Source of the DNA: Octopus vulgaris
Taxonomy: Eukaryota
Assembly (NCBI GenBank): GCA_951406725.2
Contig: OX597820.1
Coordinates: forward strand, 62,062,001 to 62,126,000
DNA: 64,000 nt
Direction of reading: 5' to 3'
Shown: piece after piece, positions 11,648 to 24,971 of the stretch
How positions within the stretch are numbered: the first letter of the stretch is position 1
Layout: each line of letters begins with the position of its first letter
The notes under the pieces: generated by a model
Seen by the model: the letters and a program-made list of their open reading frames with translations, nothing else
Told to the model about the DNA's origin: nothing
Database searches by the model: none
Translations under genes and position numbers: made by a program

Positions 11648-12915
11648 GGCGGCGAGCTGGCAGAATCGCTTGCACGCCGGGCGAAATGCTTAGCGGCATT
11701 TCGTCTGCCGTTACGTTCTGAGTTCAAATTCCGCCGAGGTCGAATTTGCCTTTCATCCTTTCGGGATCGATTAAACAAGTACCAGTTACACACTGGGATC
11801 GATATAATCGACTTAATCCGTTTGTCTGTCCTTGTTTGTCTCCTCTGTGTTTAGCCCCTTGCGGGTAGTAAAGAAATAGGTATTTCGTCTGCCGCTACGT
11901 TCTGAGTTCAAATTCCGCCGCGGTCGACATTGCCTTTCCTCTTTTCGGGATCGATTAAATAAGTACTGGTTACGCACTGGGGTAGATGTAATCCACTTAA
12001 CCCCTTAATGGATTATCCCGAGTTTACTCGTGCATCGCAAATATATCTTTTTGGAACTAGACGAGTATACTCAGTCAAAATTAACTTTTAATTTTAGCAC
12101 TCAAACGACTTTGTTTTGTGTCGTTTCATTTTTGAGCAATCACTAATTTACTCGCGTTATTTTAAAAATAATAATTATTTTTTCATTTGATGGGTTTGGC
12201 TATCTGGAATGCCTATATTTTATATAAAGCATCTTTGGAAACTTCAGCTTCTGCTATTAAACCGCTAAATTTAGAATGCATATAATCACAAAGATTATTG
12301 AAAAATTTGGGCCCTTATTGCCTCCCACGAAACCAGGAAGACCATCATCGATCCCACATCCAACAAGATTTGTCCCAGCTGGTCATTTCCCATGGAAATA
12401 CCAAGTGATAAGGAAAAGAACCCTACAAGACAGTGTGCAAAATGCGCAGAGAAGAGAAACGCTAAAGGAAAGAAAATTCGAAGAGGAAGCAGATAAATGT
12501 GTGATGTCTGCAAGATAACTTTGTGTGTAACTCCTTATTTAAAAATTATCATTCTAAATAAACTCAGTTTTTAAAAATTGTCCTTTGATTTAAAATCGAT
12601 ACATCTTATAAAAAATCGAAGATAGTTAAGTTATATGTATTTTTCTAAGTCCGAGTTAACTCGTTTAAATCAAATGAGTAAAAGTACATTTTAATTTCTA
12701 TGATAAAAAATAAAAGAAACAAGATAAAAAAAAAAGCAGCTTCCTTTGTAATTAACACAATGTATATAATTAAAAAAGGAAAAAAAAAATGCTCTGAAAT
12801 GAAAGGCCATGTCAAAATAATTGATTCATTAAGGGGTTAATCTCTTTGTCTATCGTTGTTTGTACCCCCCCCCCACCCGCTATGTTTAGCTCCCTGTGGG
12901 CAATAAAGAAATAAA
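11648..12915 (+). mobile_element. SINE family B dimer; the second unit is interrupted by a piggyBac element
   Basis: Head at 11648, body restarts at ~11880, and the SINE resumes after TTAA at 12841. Confidence 0.85.
12001..12836 (+). mobile_element. Non-autonomous piggyBac transposon (internal deletion)
   Basis: TTAA duplicated at 11997-12000 and 12837-12840; TIR CCCCTTAATG/CATTAAGGGG; transposase C-terminal remnants FFHLMGLAIWNAYILYK, GRPS, GHFP, RQCAKC, CDVCKITLCV. Confidence 0.92.
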
Positions 12916-13484
12916 AGTAATTGCACTTGTATTTAAGTCTTATGTTAGAAACTGCAGATAAACCTCCTCCAAATCACAACCGCCTTTCTTATAAAAAGTA
13001 TATCATATTTGGTAAATGTTGATTCGAGATATGAGAAAATGACCGTGTGATCACGGTTTGAACACCGTTGATCATATTAACGAAGGCTGTGAGCTGCTTG
13101 AATGCTTAGAGAGTTAGACAAATGTGTCATTGCATTTCTTCCAGCCCTTTACGTTTTCAGCTCAAACCCCGCAGAAATAAACCCCACAAAATAAAGTAGC
13201 AGTCAAGTATTGTGCACGATGTATTCCACTTATCCCTATTCATGCTTAAATTTCCGGCCCGGTACTTGTATTAAAAACAAAATAATAATAATAATCTGTT
13301 TTCTGCTACAGGCACAAGACTTGAAATCGGGGTAGGCTTGGGTGGATAGTCGATTACTACTACTACTACTACTACTACTACCACTACTACTACTACTATC
13401 TTTTTGAAGACAGTAGACTGTGATTTAAAGGAAATTGAAGAATAGGCTATAGTTCGTGTGCTTTAAGGGAAATTTCGACGATAT

Positions 13485-13860
13485 ATTCTTTTATTCTTTT
13501 ACTCGTTTCTGTCATTTGACTGTGGCCATGCTAGGGCACCGCCTTTAGTCGAGCAAATCGACCCTAGGACTTATTCTTTGTAAGCCTAGTACTTATTCTA
13601 TCGGTCTCTTTTACCGAACCACTGAGTTACGGGGACGTAAAGACACCAGCATCAGTTGTCAAGCAATGTTGGGACGACAAACACTGACACATACACACGA
13701 CGGGCTTCTTTCAGTTTCCGTCTACCAAATATACTCACAAGGCTTTGGTCGGCCCAAAGCTATAGTAGAAGACACTTGCCCAAGGTACCACGCAGTGGGA
13801 CTGAACCCTGAACCATGTGGTTGGTAAGCAAGCTACTTATCACACAGCCACTCCTACGCC
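13485..13860 (-). mobile_element. SINE family A, full length
   Basis: Head GGCGTAGGAGTGGCTGTGTG...GGTTCAGTCCC and (AAAAGAGT) tail. Confidence 0.9.
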
Positions 13861-15329
13861 TATAAATAAAATATGGTGAATGAGTTGACTTGATATTATA
13901 AAGAAATTCTTTTGATGGGAGAATAGTAGCGAAGAATAGAAAAAAATCATGAAAAAAAAATGGCAAAAGAGAGATTAGCATCGCCGACTTCAAAAATGAA
14001 GGACTGCCTAGTGAGAACTAAGGGACCTGTTTTGAAGGTTGAAGACCCATAAATCGTCTTTGATATTAAGTGAAAGAGTTACAACAATACAGTCGATATC
14101 AAACCATATCAGGCATTTAAGTAAGTAGAAATTTCAGATATAATTTCCTCATCATTTTCGAATATAAATATAACATTGATAAAAGGTGAGAAAATATTTG
14201 ATATTCATGAAATAATAATACCTCCCGGGAAAAAGGAAAAAAAGAATAAAACAAAGTCAAGTTCCTTTCGACAAAATAAATCTCCTGATAAATTTCATTT
14301 TTGTTGTAGTTATTACATTCGACAGAAAAATTTGTCTGATGATCACTACGAAAATAGATTCTGGAACACACCCAAATCTGTTTATTAACTTTCACCTCTC
14401 GTTAAACATTACAGTGTTTAGGAGAATAGTTGTGATCTGCGTCAGCAAAAATCGGTTCAGTAATAAGTTCAAAAGTCATAATTAATCAACTTATTGAGGT
14501 TCTTACTTTACTTTGATCTCTGTGTTTACTGGATTAGTAATGATAAAGTATGCATGTACACGCACCTCATACAGATACACAGTCGTACGTACACACACGT
14601 ACTCACATGTACAGGTATACGTATATGTAGACGTATATACGTAGACACATATATACGCATTTTTTACCTACGTACACGCATAAATGGTTATATATACAAC
14701 TACCTCCATCTTCATATGAGCTCATCTGCGAGACAAAGAGAGAGGCTCTATGTGGTTTGCTCGGTCTGCTAGAAATAGCAGGCAATGCTCCCTCAGATCA
14801 CACAATAGTCTTAGAAATTCACATGAAATTATGCCAAATTATGAAAAAAATAGGTGTGTGTGTGGGGCGGGGGGAGATAGGACGGTTATGGCTGGAATGC
14901 TTTTGATTGTAAATCAGGAAAATATAGAATGATCAAAGAGGGAGATATTAAGTTATGTAGCCTTAAATAGATTATGCAAGAAGTAAAGCCAAGATGGTTG
15001 TGGTTCGGTAGTCTTTAACAAGATATATGCTGAATGAGGTCTGGCTTGGAGCTAAAGATCAACAGTATCACAGTCACTGGCTCGTACTGGACAATTCTTA
15101 TGTCCGAAACCGAAAATTTCAGCCTCAGGCTCATTGTTATTATTGTTTAGCACCTGTTCAACCTTAATTGAACAAGCTTGCATGGCCATCCTTTGTTACA
15201 GTTCAGCAGGGTCTACACTGCTGAATATCATTCGATTTTTTTTTTTACTTAAGTCGGTAGTAAGTCGAGGGATATTTGGAGATTTGGCTGTTCTCTCTAG
15301 CAAATCGAGAAAGCGTGTAAAGTCTCATA

Positions 15330-16300
15330 TTTACAGTTGCTGTCACATTTTACCCATGGTTTTATTTCATCTTCAACCACACTTCAAGCTCGGTTCCATC
15401 CTAACATCGTGATCTTCAAAACCCCTTCATTCAACCCCACCGTCCACAGATCCGTGTTTAGTCTATTTTCCTTGCATTCTTCCATCAGCACTTCCTTCAG
15501 TCCGACTTTTTCGTCTCATGCTCTTCCTCTGCCATTATCCCTAACTCACAACATGGTGAATTTCACGGATGTCAAGGTTCACCACTTCTATCCCTCTTCC
15601 TCTACTAATGCTCCCAATGTTTTTTACTCCTGCTAGCAGTTCACATAACCTACAAACAGTTCAATTTCCCCAAATGTTTTCATTTATCACTCCTTCAAAA
15701 ATGTGATGCATTTCCCCTACTGTGATCCCTTTTCGGCCCATGTTTGCACCACTTTGCAAGTAATCTCTGCCAGCTGAGTAATCTCTAAGAATGGGCTGAA
15801 AGAAAAAGTCAGTAACAATACAAAAAATGATCTAAGGACACAATGATTACAGAAATTGCACAACTTACTTTGGTCGATTTCACCTTCTTCATAAAACTCA
15901 CTGAAGATGGTCATATATAATGAGGAAGCAATGACAAACCGAATCGGTATTGCTGACATCGAAAATAGATTGTTCTATGAGAAATCTTTCTAATTCACTA
16001 CTTTCCTCCGTATTCAAGCGCAATTAACTCACCGCAGTGCTGCCTTTGTAGTACTTCCTCTTTTTCTCTGACGGCTTTCAGCACCCAGTCTCGTCTGCAC
16101 TTTTGGTTTTGCTTTCTGAACCACCACTTTGTGGGTACAAAAAAACTATATTGCAGTCAAAATCTCCTTCAAACTCGTGAGTATGAATTGAAGGTTTCGT
16201 CTTGGGAATAATTCTACCCCAAGACTCTGAATTCATTACCTCATAGTCATCATTATAACCAACGCTCTGTATTCATCACACTAAATGTTCACTCCAAATT
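15330..16300 (-). mobile_element. Highly degenerate LINE (RTE-like) 3' region
   Basis: Purine-rich minus strand with weak traces of RTE-type motifs (GRGR); no clean frame. Confidence 0.3.
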
Positions 16301-16646
16301 CCTTTCCCTCCGTAGATATTAATGACGTCTAAAATTAGCCTGAATCGCTAAACAGTCACATTGGTTGACAATCATATCACGCCGAATCCCATCCTATTTG
16401 CTGCATGCGTTAGACAAACTACTATTGCTAGCAACACCACAGCATTGTCTTTTCCGGACTCAATGTAACATCAATCTGCTGCAGACACTCTCTGACTGCC
16501 CAGCGGTCTCAAATTTTTCTCTATAGTCGTTGACCAACATTAACCACTCTGGTCACTGAGATTCTTCTAAGACAATAGATATTCTTCTTCAAGAGTAGAG
16601 GTAACCATTAACCAGTCTCTCATTCCTTTAAATATGTGCGCGAGTC

Positions 16647-16732
<86 letters not shown>

Positions 16733-16800
16733 AACATACATATATACATGTATATATGCATATATATAAACATACATATATACATATATACATGTATATA

Positions 16801-16851
<51 letters not shown>

Positions 16852-17532
16852 TATATATATACGTATACATATATAATATACACATATATATTATATATAT
16901 ACACACGCAGATAAACAGACACACACACATATATTATAAGCACACGCGCACACGTACGCATTTAATGTTTGAAAACAGCTTAAAAATCATATTTTATACG
17001 TGATAAAGATGGATCCTGGTTTTGAGACAACAGTTTAGATGTTCAAATGGTGAAATAGAAGTAGTTATGAGACAGAGACATTGGTTATGAAAATCGACAG
17101 CATATCATGGTGAGTTAACCCTCGACAGCTTTCTGTACATTAAATATAAATAGGGCTATGCCTTAATTATGCAATATAACGAATTGAAAAACATACATGA
17201 AATAAATTTATCTAAGTAATTTGTACATTGTAACTCTCTCAAGAAGTGTTTAAAATTTCAAAACAAGAAGCAAAGATTATTTAATAAAAACAGTTGACAA
17301 ATTTTACAAACAACGATGATTCTGAAGAATGACTAATGAAGACGTGTTTGGAAGTAAAAGACATGTTTCCGTCTTAACAAAACTCCTCAGAGAATCATGT
17401 CCTACATAGCTTGTAAAATTAGGAAGTGATCTACTTTCACCAATGTTTTTTGCTGTGGTCTTTTAGTATACAAATCACACTCTTGAGCTATGTACTTTCA
17501 GCCATATTATGGTTTTCACATGAATATAGGTA

Positions 17533-17759
17533 TACTCTTTTACTCTTTGAACTTGTTTCAGTCATTTGACTGCGGCCATACTGGAGCACAGCCTTTAGTC
17601 GAGGAAATCGGCCCCAGGACTTATTCTTTGTAGGCCTAGTACTTATTCTATCGGGTCCTTTTTGCCGAACCGCAAAGTTACGAGGACCTAAACACACCAA
17701 GCTATGTTGGTGGTGGCGAGGGGACAAACACAGACACACAAACACACACACACACACAC

Positions 17760-17802
<43 letters not shown>

Positions 17803-18017
17803 CACACACACACTAACACACACACACTCACACACACACATATATATACATATATACGGCGGGCTTCTTTCAGTTTCCGTCTACCAAATCCACTCAAAAG
17901 GCTTTGGTCGGCCCGAGGCTATAGTAGAAGATACTTACCCAAGGTGCTATGCAGTGGGACTGAACCCGGGACCATGTGGTTGGTAAGCAAGCTTTTTACC
18001 ACACAGCCACACCTGCG
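17533..18017 (-). mobile_element. SINE family A
   Basis: Matches other copies; internal (CA)n. Confidence 0.9.
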
Positions 18018-18433
18018 TATGTATATATATATGTATGAATGCATATGTATGTAAGTATGTATGTATATATATGTATGTATGTATGTATGTATATGCGTCT
18101 GCGTGTATGAATGAATGTATGTGTGTATAAATGATATGCATGTCGGTATGTGTGTGTGTATGTATTATGATCCCTTCTGTTTTTAGTTATTTAAATTCTT
18201 CCTCTCAAGAAGATTATTTCTGACAGCTACAAATCTCCCCTGTTGGCATGTACATAACAGCTATGCCACATTTTAAACTTGAGAAAATTCTTGCATATTT
18301 TTACTGTCCCACTTACTCATTGTATTTGTAATGTGCAAGTTAGTGGTTGATTTCTTTTCCTGAAATCCCTGATTTATAATTATTGTTAGTATAAACAGGA
18401 GGTTACAAAACCAAGCGCACTAATTATTATTAG

Positions 18434-18816
18434 TGATGCGAATTTGTGGCTTCCTGACATCAACTCGTCAGTAACTTGGAAACTGCACGCCTGCCCGGTG
18501 AGCCAACTTGCTTAGAGAGGAAGAAATAGTCGTACCCGACTGTAATGTCTTGTGTAATGGGATACTTAGTCACCCGGGTTCACTTCGACCTTTACACCGA
18601 CTGTGTTCGTAGCCAACTGCACACTGAATATCTTGTTACCGTTTCTTTACGTTGCCATCTTTACATTCCACGTTCTTCACGCCACCAACTGATACTGCAC
18701 GTTCCTTTACCGGTTCAAATCGTCCACCGCAGCAAAGACGTACAAAACAAAGAAAAACGAGCAGCATGTTTCAGATTAGTCACGTGATCCATAAATTTAT
18801 TGTTTCCTTCGTAACA
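18434..18816. mobile_element. Probable solo LTR (Gypsy-like)
   Basis: TG...CA termini (TGATGCGAA...TTCGTAACA, imperfect inverted ends), 4-bp duplication TTAG at 18430-18433 and 18817-18820, GC-richer than flanks. Confidence 0.6.
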
Positions 18817-19133
18817 TTAGTACAAATGTGAATTTACAATCTGGACATAGAAGTTGGAGGTTTCGAAGCAGTTGTGCTCAGCTATCCTACTTCTCTGATT
18901 TTAAGAGATATTCACAGAAACAAGACATCTGACCTCTACTATGGGTACATACATTTTGTTTTCTGTTTCAAACAACGACATCGTGGCTGTTATATTTATC
19001 TTGACAGATATTTTGATGGGAATGTTCCACTTGTATTCCTTGTGTTGATGTTTGCGTATGTATTCAATAATCGGGGGGAGTCTGTATATATATATTCCAA
19101 AAGTGTCTTCTCTCGGAATGGCACTGTAAATTG

Positions 19134-19550
19134 GGATCTTTTCGGTTTGAACAGCAGTTTTGAACATAATTTCTAGGTAACTAAAAAATTTTAAACTTCG
19201 TATACTGGTAGCATGTGTTTATAAAACATCTTTTTCTCTTGGCTTTATTGGGAAAATTCTATAGTTTGTAAGATATTTGTTGTTTTTTCTTCAATTTCAA
19301 CCAATCAATGACGTCTATTGAGGTAAAACACATTCTGTGCCATATGAATATGTCCCTCGTTTAAGAAACAGATTCGGTTTATTTACATTTGTGAAGAAAA
19401 AAGATACCCTTCCCCCCACCCCAAACCCTAACCCTAATCCTAACCCTAAAACAGATTGAAATGCAATAGATCGATACTAGGGTCATAATTATGGGGGACA
19501 ATTTCATATGACACCGCTAGAAAAAACTGCCGTTCAAACCGAAAAGATCC
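19134..19550. mobile_element. MITE with ~28-bp TIRs and an 8-bp TSD (Merlin-like or hAT)
   Basis: GGATCTTTTCGGTTTGAACAGCAGTTTT / AAAACTGCCGTTCAAACCGAAAAGATCC; GTAAATTG duplicated at 19126-19133 and 19551-19558. Confidence 0.92.
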
Positions 19551-19988
19551 GTAAATTGTTTTTGCGACAACATTGTGTCGCACAAGGAGTTAGTACCTTG
19601 ATATTCTCGAGCAGGTGATAATCACACGTGATGCCTTCCACAGAAATATGACAATCTTCAATTTCAGTTGCATGCTTGGGGCTCTAAGTGATTACCAGTC
19701 TGTTTTGTTTATTAGGTATTTCGTAGCAATTACCAGTCCTTGGATAGCAAATGCATAGCCTTCGAAGTGTGATGTGAAGTATCTGTCAAGAGTCAAGGAA
19801 AGTCTGCGCTTCTTATTGGATCTTATTGCTTTCTTCAAGCCCTCGGGAAACATATTAATGCATACCCTTTCTATGTATGTATGCTGTAATTTCATTTTCC
19901 GAATTTACATCAATAAAGGATGAATCGTTTTCTGCTAAACAAGCAAGACTCTTTCATTGGAATTATGACAATATACATATTTCTACGT

Positions 19989-20026
<38 letters not shown>

Positions 20027-20121
20027 TTCGTTTTTGGATTTGGTTTGAATATATATTGATAAAGAGAGATAGAGAGAGAGATGTATACATATATACATGT
20101 ATATATATATATATACATATA

Positions 20122-20153
<32 letters not shown>

Positions 20154-20333
20154 TTGAGTGTCTGTGTATGTATGTATATTCAACTGCTAGTCTAATTACC
20201 GCCACACATTCTCTCTCACAACTCCCTTTCCCCCTCTCTCTCTCTATATATATATATATATTTATACATATTTATACATTTATGTATATATATGCCTACA
20301 TATATACATATATGCATACATATATATATACAT

Positions 20334-20428
20334 GTCTGAGAAGAAATATTGTGAATATAATTAGGATTAACTGATTCTCCTGTGTTTTCTTTTATCCAAA
20401 GCCAGGGACTTTTCAGCACCCTCTTGTA
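20334..20428 (-). mobile_element. One end of the mariner-type MITE seen at 53539
   Basis: AAAGCCAGGGACTTTTCAGCACCCTCTTGTA TIR plus homologous internal sequence. Confidence 0.6.
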
Positions 20429-20449
20429 TCTGAGTATGAGCCATTGAGG

Positions 20450-20729
20450 GAGACTTCTACATGGTAGCTAGAATTGGTAGAAATAACAGCTAAATCTCCC
20501 TCAAATCACACGATAATGTCCTAGGTATTGCATGATCCAATGATAGAGAGCTCTAAACAGGAGGTAGACCTGTTAAAATAGCAGCCAAATCTCCTTCAAG
20601 TACCACATATGTATGTATGAACCAATAAAACCTCTGCACGGTAGCTAGATCTGGTTAAAATAACAGCCAAATCACCCTCAAATCACACTCATATATATAT
20701 ATGTCTCATATATATATATATATATATTA

Positions 20730-20770
<41 letters not shown>

Positions 20771-20860
20771 TCATATGTGTGTGTGTGTGTGTGTGTGTGT
20801 GAGCCAATGAAGGAGACCTGTTAGAAACAGCAGCCAAATATCCCTCAAATCATACTCTAC
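20450..20860 (+). repeat. Four degenerate copies of a ~50-bp dispersed repeat (TAGAAATAACAGCCAAATCTCCCTCAAATCAC)
   Basis: Copies near 20465, 20565, 20642 and 20815; related sequence at ~14765. Confidence 0.65.
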
Positions 20861-20874
20861 TCTCTTATTTATGA

Positions 20875-21030
20875 GGCTTGGCTGTATGGTAAGAAGCTTG
20901 CTTCCCAACAAAATGGCTCCAGGTTCAGTCCCACAGCGTGGTACCTTCAGCAAGTATATTCTGCTATAGACTTCAACCGAACAAAGTCTTGTAAATAGAT
21001 TTAGTAAACAGAAAATGAAAGAAGCCTCTC

Positions 21031-21033
<3 letters not shown>
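20875..21033 (+). mobile_element. SINE family A, 5' half
   Basis: Head and GAAAGAAGCC..CGTATATA motif. Confidence 0.75.
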
Positions 21034-21115
<82 letters not shown>

Positions 21116-21118
<3 letters not shown>

Positions 21119-21524
21119 TCTCTTTTACTCTTTTACTCTTTTACTTGTTTCAGTCGTTTGACTGCGGCCATGCTGGAGCACCGCCTTTAGTCGAGCAACT
21201 CGACCCCGGGACTTATTCTTTTGTAAGCCCAGTACTTATTCTATCGGGCCCTTTTTGCCGAACCGCTAAGTGACGGGGACGTAAACACACCAGCATCGGT
21301 TGTCAAGCAATGCTAGGGGGACAAACACAGACACACAAACACACACATATATATATATATACGACAGGCTTCTTTCAGTTTCCGTCTACCAAATCCACTC
21401 ACAAGGCATTGGTCGGCCCGGGGCTATAGCAGAAGACACTTGCCCAAGATGCCACGCAGTGGGACTGAACCCGGAACCATGTGGTTGGTTAGCAAGCTAC
21501 TTACCACACAGCCACTCCTGCGCC
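21116..21524 (-). mobile_element. SINE family A, full length
   Basis: Close match to other copies. Confidence 0.9.
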
Positions 21525-21789
21525 TATATATATATATTTCAAGGATATCCAGAGGTAATGCAGTATCATCGTTTCATGCAACTCCATTTAATTGAATAAT
21601 GCAATCATTACATCAATTTAAAATGCAGAGCAAACTTCAGCTGCACAAAGATAACAAATGGACACATTAGTATAATTATACCTAAAATCTCGAAGAAGTT
21701 AAGGAGACAGACAAAGAACTTGAGTAACTTCTAAACTGGAGTGAGACGGCATGTTCTTTATCTCCTTACCTTCTTAACTCCTTAACTCC

Positions 21790-22100
21790 TTAACTTTGTC
21801 TATCTCCTTAACTGCCCTCTTTTGAGTCTCCTGCCTTGATATTGGTTCATCCGGGAGTTTGGATAGCAGAAGGTCAAGTTCTTTCTTGAAAACGTTTTCG
21901 CACCTTCATGGTGATACCTCAGATGTTTTGGCGGGGCGTCAAATAGGTATGCGCACTTGAACCCCAAGCTATTGCAGTGCATGGTCCTCATTCTAGACGA
22001 GATAGCTGGGATTTTTGGGACAGTGCAGTGTAGTCCTGTTCGGGTTTTGGTATAGCTCTCGATTCCGAAGTTTGATGACAGCCCAGTAGTAGTCCAGACA
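21790..22100 (-). mobile_element. CR1-like LINE ORF2 C-terminal fragment
   Basis: RTGLHCTVPKIP...TMHCNSLGFKCAYLFDAPPKHLR fits the CR1/L2-group tail pattern (SL...LFN.LP..LR). Confidence 0.6.
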
Positions 22101-22145
22101 GCTGATGACAAATTTTCTCCATAGGACCACCACAGTTTCCTGGTT

Positions 22146-22190
<45 letters not shown>

Positions 22191-22754
22191 ACTTATGAAA
22201 ATTAATAATCTTTCAATTTAATTGCTTACTCCTGTAGATACGCATGAACTAAAATAACATACACATGTCTTAAAATGAGTATATATATATGACCGAAAGA
22301 CATAAGAAATTCCTTAGTTATGAAATATCAAATGAAAGGCTAAAATCAGTGAAGACGGCTGTAGTCTGCTAATAATTTGTTAAGAGTCAAAATATAAGAA
22401 ATTATGCTGACTTCGATGCCATACATCATCAACATTTTACAAAAGGAAAAAAATTCATGAAAAATATAATTCTAAAATGAGAAATTTATAATTTTTTTAA
22501 AATTCAGAACAAGAAAGAAAGAACAATGCTGAAAATAGTAAAAGAAAGAAATTTGGAGTTACAAATCAAATAAAAATATTGTAAAAAATTCAACAAATAT
22601 AACAAGTAACAATATTGTTAGAGTAACTCAACAAATAACAAACGTCTATATATCTATGTACATGTACTGCAGGAGATGAATAACAAAATGTCCACTAGGC
22701 AGTTGTAATCACAAGATTGATGTTTTATTCTCCAGAATTTAGTTATGGCCAACA

Positions 22755-23350
22755 AATGGATGTTAGAATTTCCCAAATGTAGTATGAACACAAAACAGAT
22801 TTTATAGTCACTACAATGTTAAGATTACAGGAAGGATGGTAAACGTTCTACAATTAATTATGTTCACGAAATGATGTTATAGTCTGTACAATGTAGTTTA
22901 GGTCCCGAAATGATGTGATAGTCTCTACAATACAGTAATGATCACGAAATGATGTTATAGTCTTTACAATACAGTAATGATCACGAAATGATCTTATAGT
23001 CTCTGCAATGCAGTAATGATCTCGAAATGATGTTATAGCCTTTACAGTGTAGTTGTGATCCCGAAATGGATGTTGCAGAGTCTACAATGTACATATGATC
23101 AGAAGGTTCGTGTTATAATCTTTACAATGTAGTTATGATCCGGAAATAGATGTTATAGTCGTTACAGTGTGGTTACCCTCACGGAATAACTGTCACAGAT
23201 TGTAGAATGTGGTAATTACCACGAAATTGATGTTATAGTCTCTACAATATAATCATAATCACGTGATAGATTTTATAGTCTCTGCAATATATGTGTGATC
23301 ACGAAAGATGTTATTGTCTCTACAATGTAGGTGTGATAACGAAAGATGTA
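22755..23350. repeat. Diverged minisatellite, about 15 units of 38-40 bp (ATGTTATAGTCTCTACAATGTAGTTATGATCACGAAATG)
   Basis: Units aligned by eye. Confidence 0.9.
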
Positions 23351-23559
23351 CTAAGATCAGGAGAATGTTGTTGTCTCTGTCAAGAGTCAAGGAAAGTAGA
23401 ACAACTTTGATCATGGTCTGCCATCATGTGACCGGGTTGATCCCTACCAAACAAGACAACATCGAGCTGTACTGTTAGTAGTGTTGTGAGTGTTGTTAGT
23501 ATAATACCACTAATAAGCCTTCCCCATTATACTAACAAGTAGTATTAGCTGTACTGTTA

Positions 23560-23740
23560 GTAGCGTTGTTGACTCTGCTGTAAAACTGAGATCTCGACCT
23601 CGTTGTTGTTACCTCTTCTGCAAAACAGATCTTGACTTGGTTGTTGTTATCGCGACTGTAAAAGTTTGATTTCGACTTGGTCGTTGTTATGTCTACTGTA
23701 AAACAGATCTGGATTTGATTGTTGTTATATTTATTGTATA
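23560..23740. repeat. Second ~39-bp minisatellite, about 4.5 units (GTTGTTGTTA..TCTACTGTAAAACAGATCT.GACTTG)
   Basis: Units aligned by eye. Confidence 0.8.
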
Positions 23741-24703
23741 TTTAAGATGAGGACCGAGTGAGTAACTCAAATGTAGTATTGAGATTAGGATCGCTGTTCC
23801 AATGCGTTGATATTAGTTGAAGAATGAGCTGGATATTATAGAGCAAACATTAGCAAACATTTTTATTCAAGCTCATGGGTTGCTGTTGATGCCGATGGAA
23901 GCTGGTTTCATAAATTTTCATCATGATGCTGGAAGCCCAATCCTGGTTCTTCAAACGTATCAATGTTGTCATTGGGGGCGTGTGTTGTTTTCCAAAGTCT
24001 CATAGATATTCCTTAATAGCTGGTTCATAAAGTGACTGCATCCTGGAGGAGATCGGTGTTGAAAATACTAGGCAATAGTATTTAGAAAGGATGATTTATA
24101 GTTTGCCATGCTAAATTTCTCCAACGCTGGCTGTTTTAAGAAATAAGTCAAATGTCGTTCTTCAGAGACGCTGGCCGTTATGCATAATCGTTGGGGCTGA
24201 GTGTTTTTGTCCCCGCATTATTATGGCATATATTTGGAGGGTGGTGCAAATAATATTGTCTTTACATTACTGACAAGACTAGCTGGGCGTTATTGTTGCT
24301 GTATTCCCAATGTGCAAACAAAGCTGAGTGCGTGAAGTAATTTCCATGTTGTTGGTAACAGGAACTGAGTATTAGAATTGGAATATCCATACTATTGTGA
24401 ACAATAGCTGAATGTATTATTTGTAGCCTTTATGTTTGATAACTGTAGCTATGTTTCGCTGTAACTAAGTTAATTTTAGCAATAGGCTGATGTTACATAT
24501 ATGATACATAAACCAGGTGTAGTTAGAAGTTTTGTAAATATGATCTTCATTACAATACAGGTGTTATATACAGCCTCCAGATTATTGTTAACAAGAGCTG
24601 GTTACTGGAAGAACTCTAGATGTTGTTGTTAACATGCGTTAGTTGTTAAAAGCATATTCCTCACATATTATTGGTAACAGCTGATGTCCGAAATATTGTT
24701 GCT

Positions 24704-24971
24704 TCAGTTAATATCAGCTGCCTGTTAAAAGAGTATTGCATGGTGCTGTCGACTATCGCTTGTTGTTAAAAGGCGTCTCTAATGTAATATTTACTGGTGT
24801 CTGGTGCTATATTAAATACAAAATTGAGAGAATATTTCGGACATCAATCCAACAGCTGGAGAATATAGCACAAGACACCAGTAAATATTACATTAGAGAC
24901 GCCTTTTAACAACAAGCGATAGTCGACAGCACTATGCAATACTCTTTTAACAGGCAGCTGATATTAACTGA
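24704..24971. repeat. 110-bp inverted duplication (24704-24813 / 24862-24971)
   Basis: Near-perfect reverse complement. Confidence 0.9.

Noticed and set aside
13790-13860. tRNA gene suggested by A/B-box-like motifs
   Set aside because: These are SINE heads; no complete cloverleaf is evident
14330-14365. CTGATGA...GAAA motif
   Set aside because: No stem I, II or III pairing; likely chance
22755-24800. CRISPR-like repeat-spacer appearance
   Set aside because: Units are homologous along their length, there is no invariant repeat with unique spacers, no cas genes, and the context is eukaryotic
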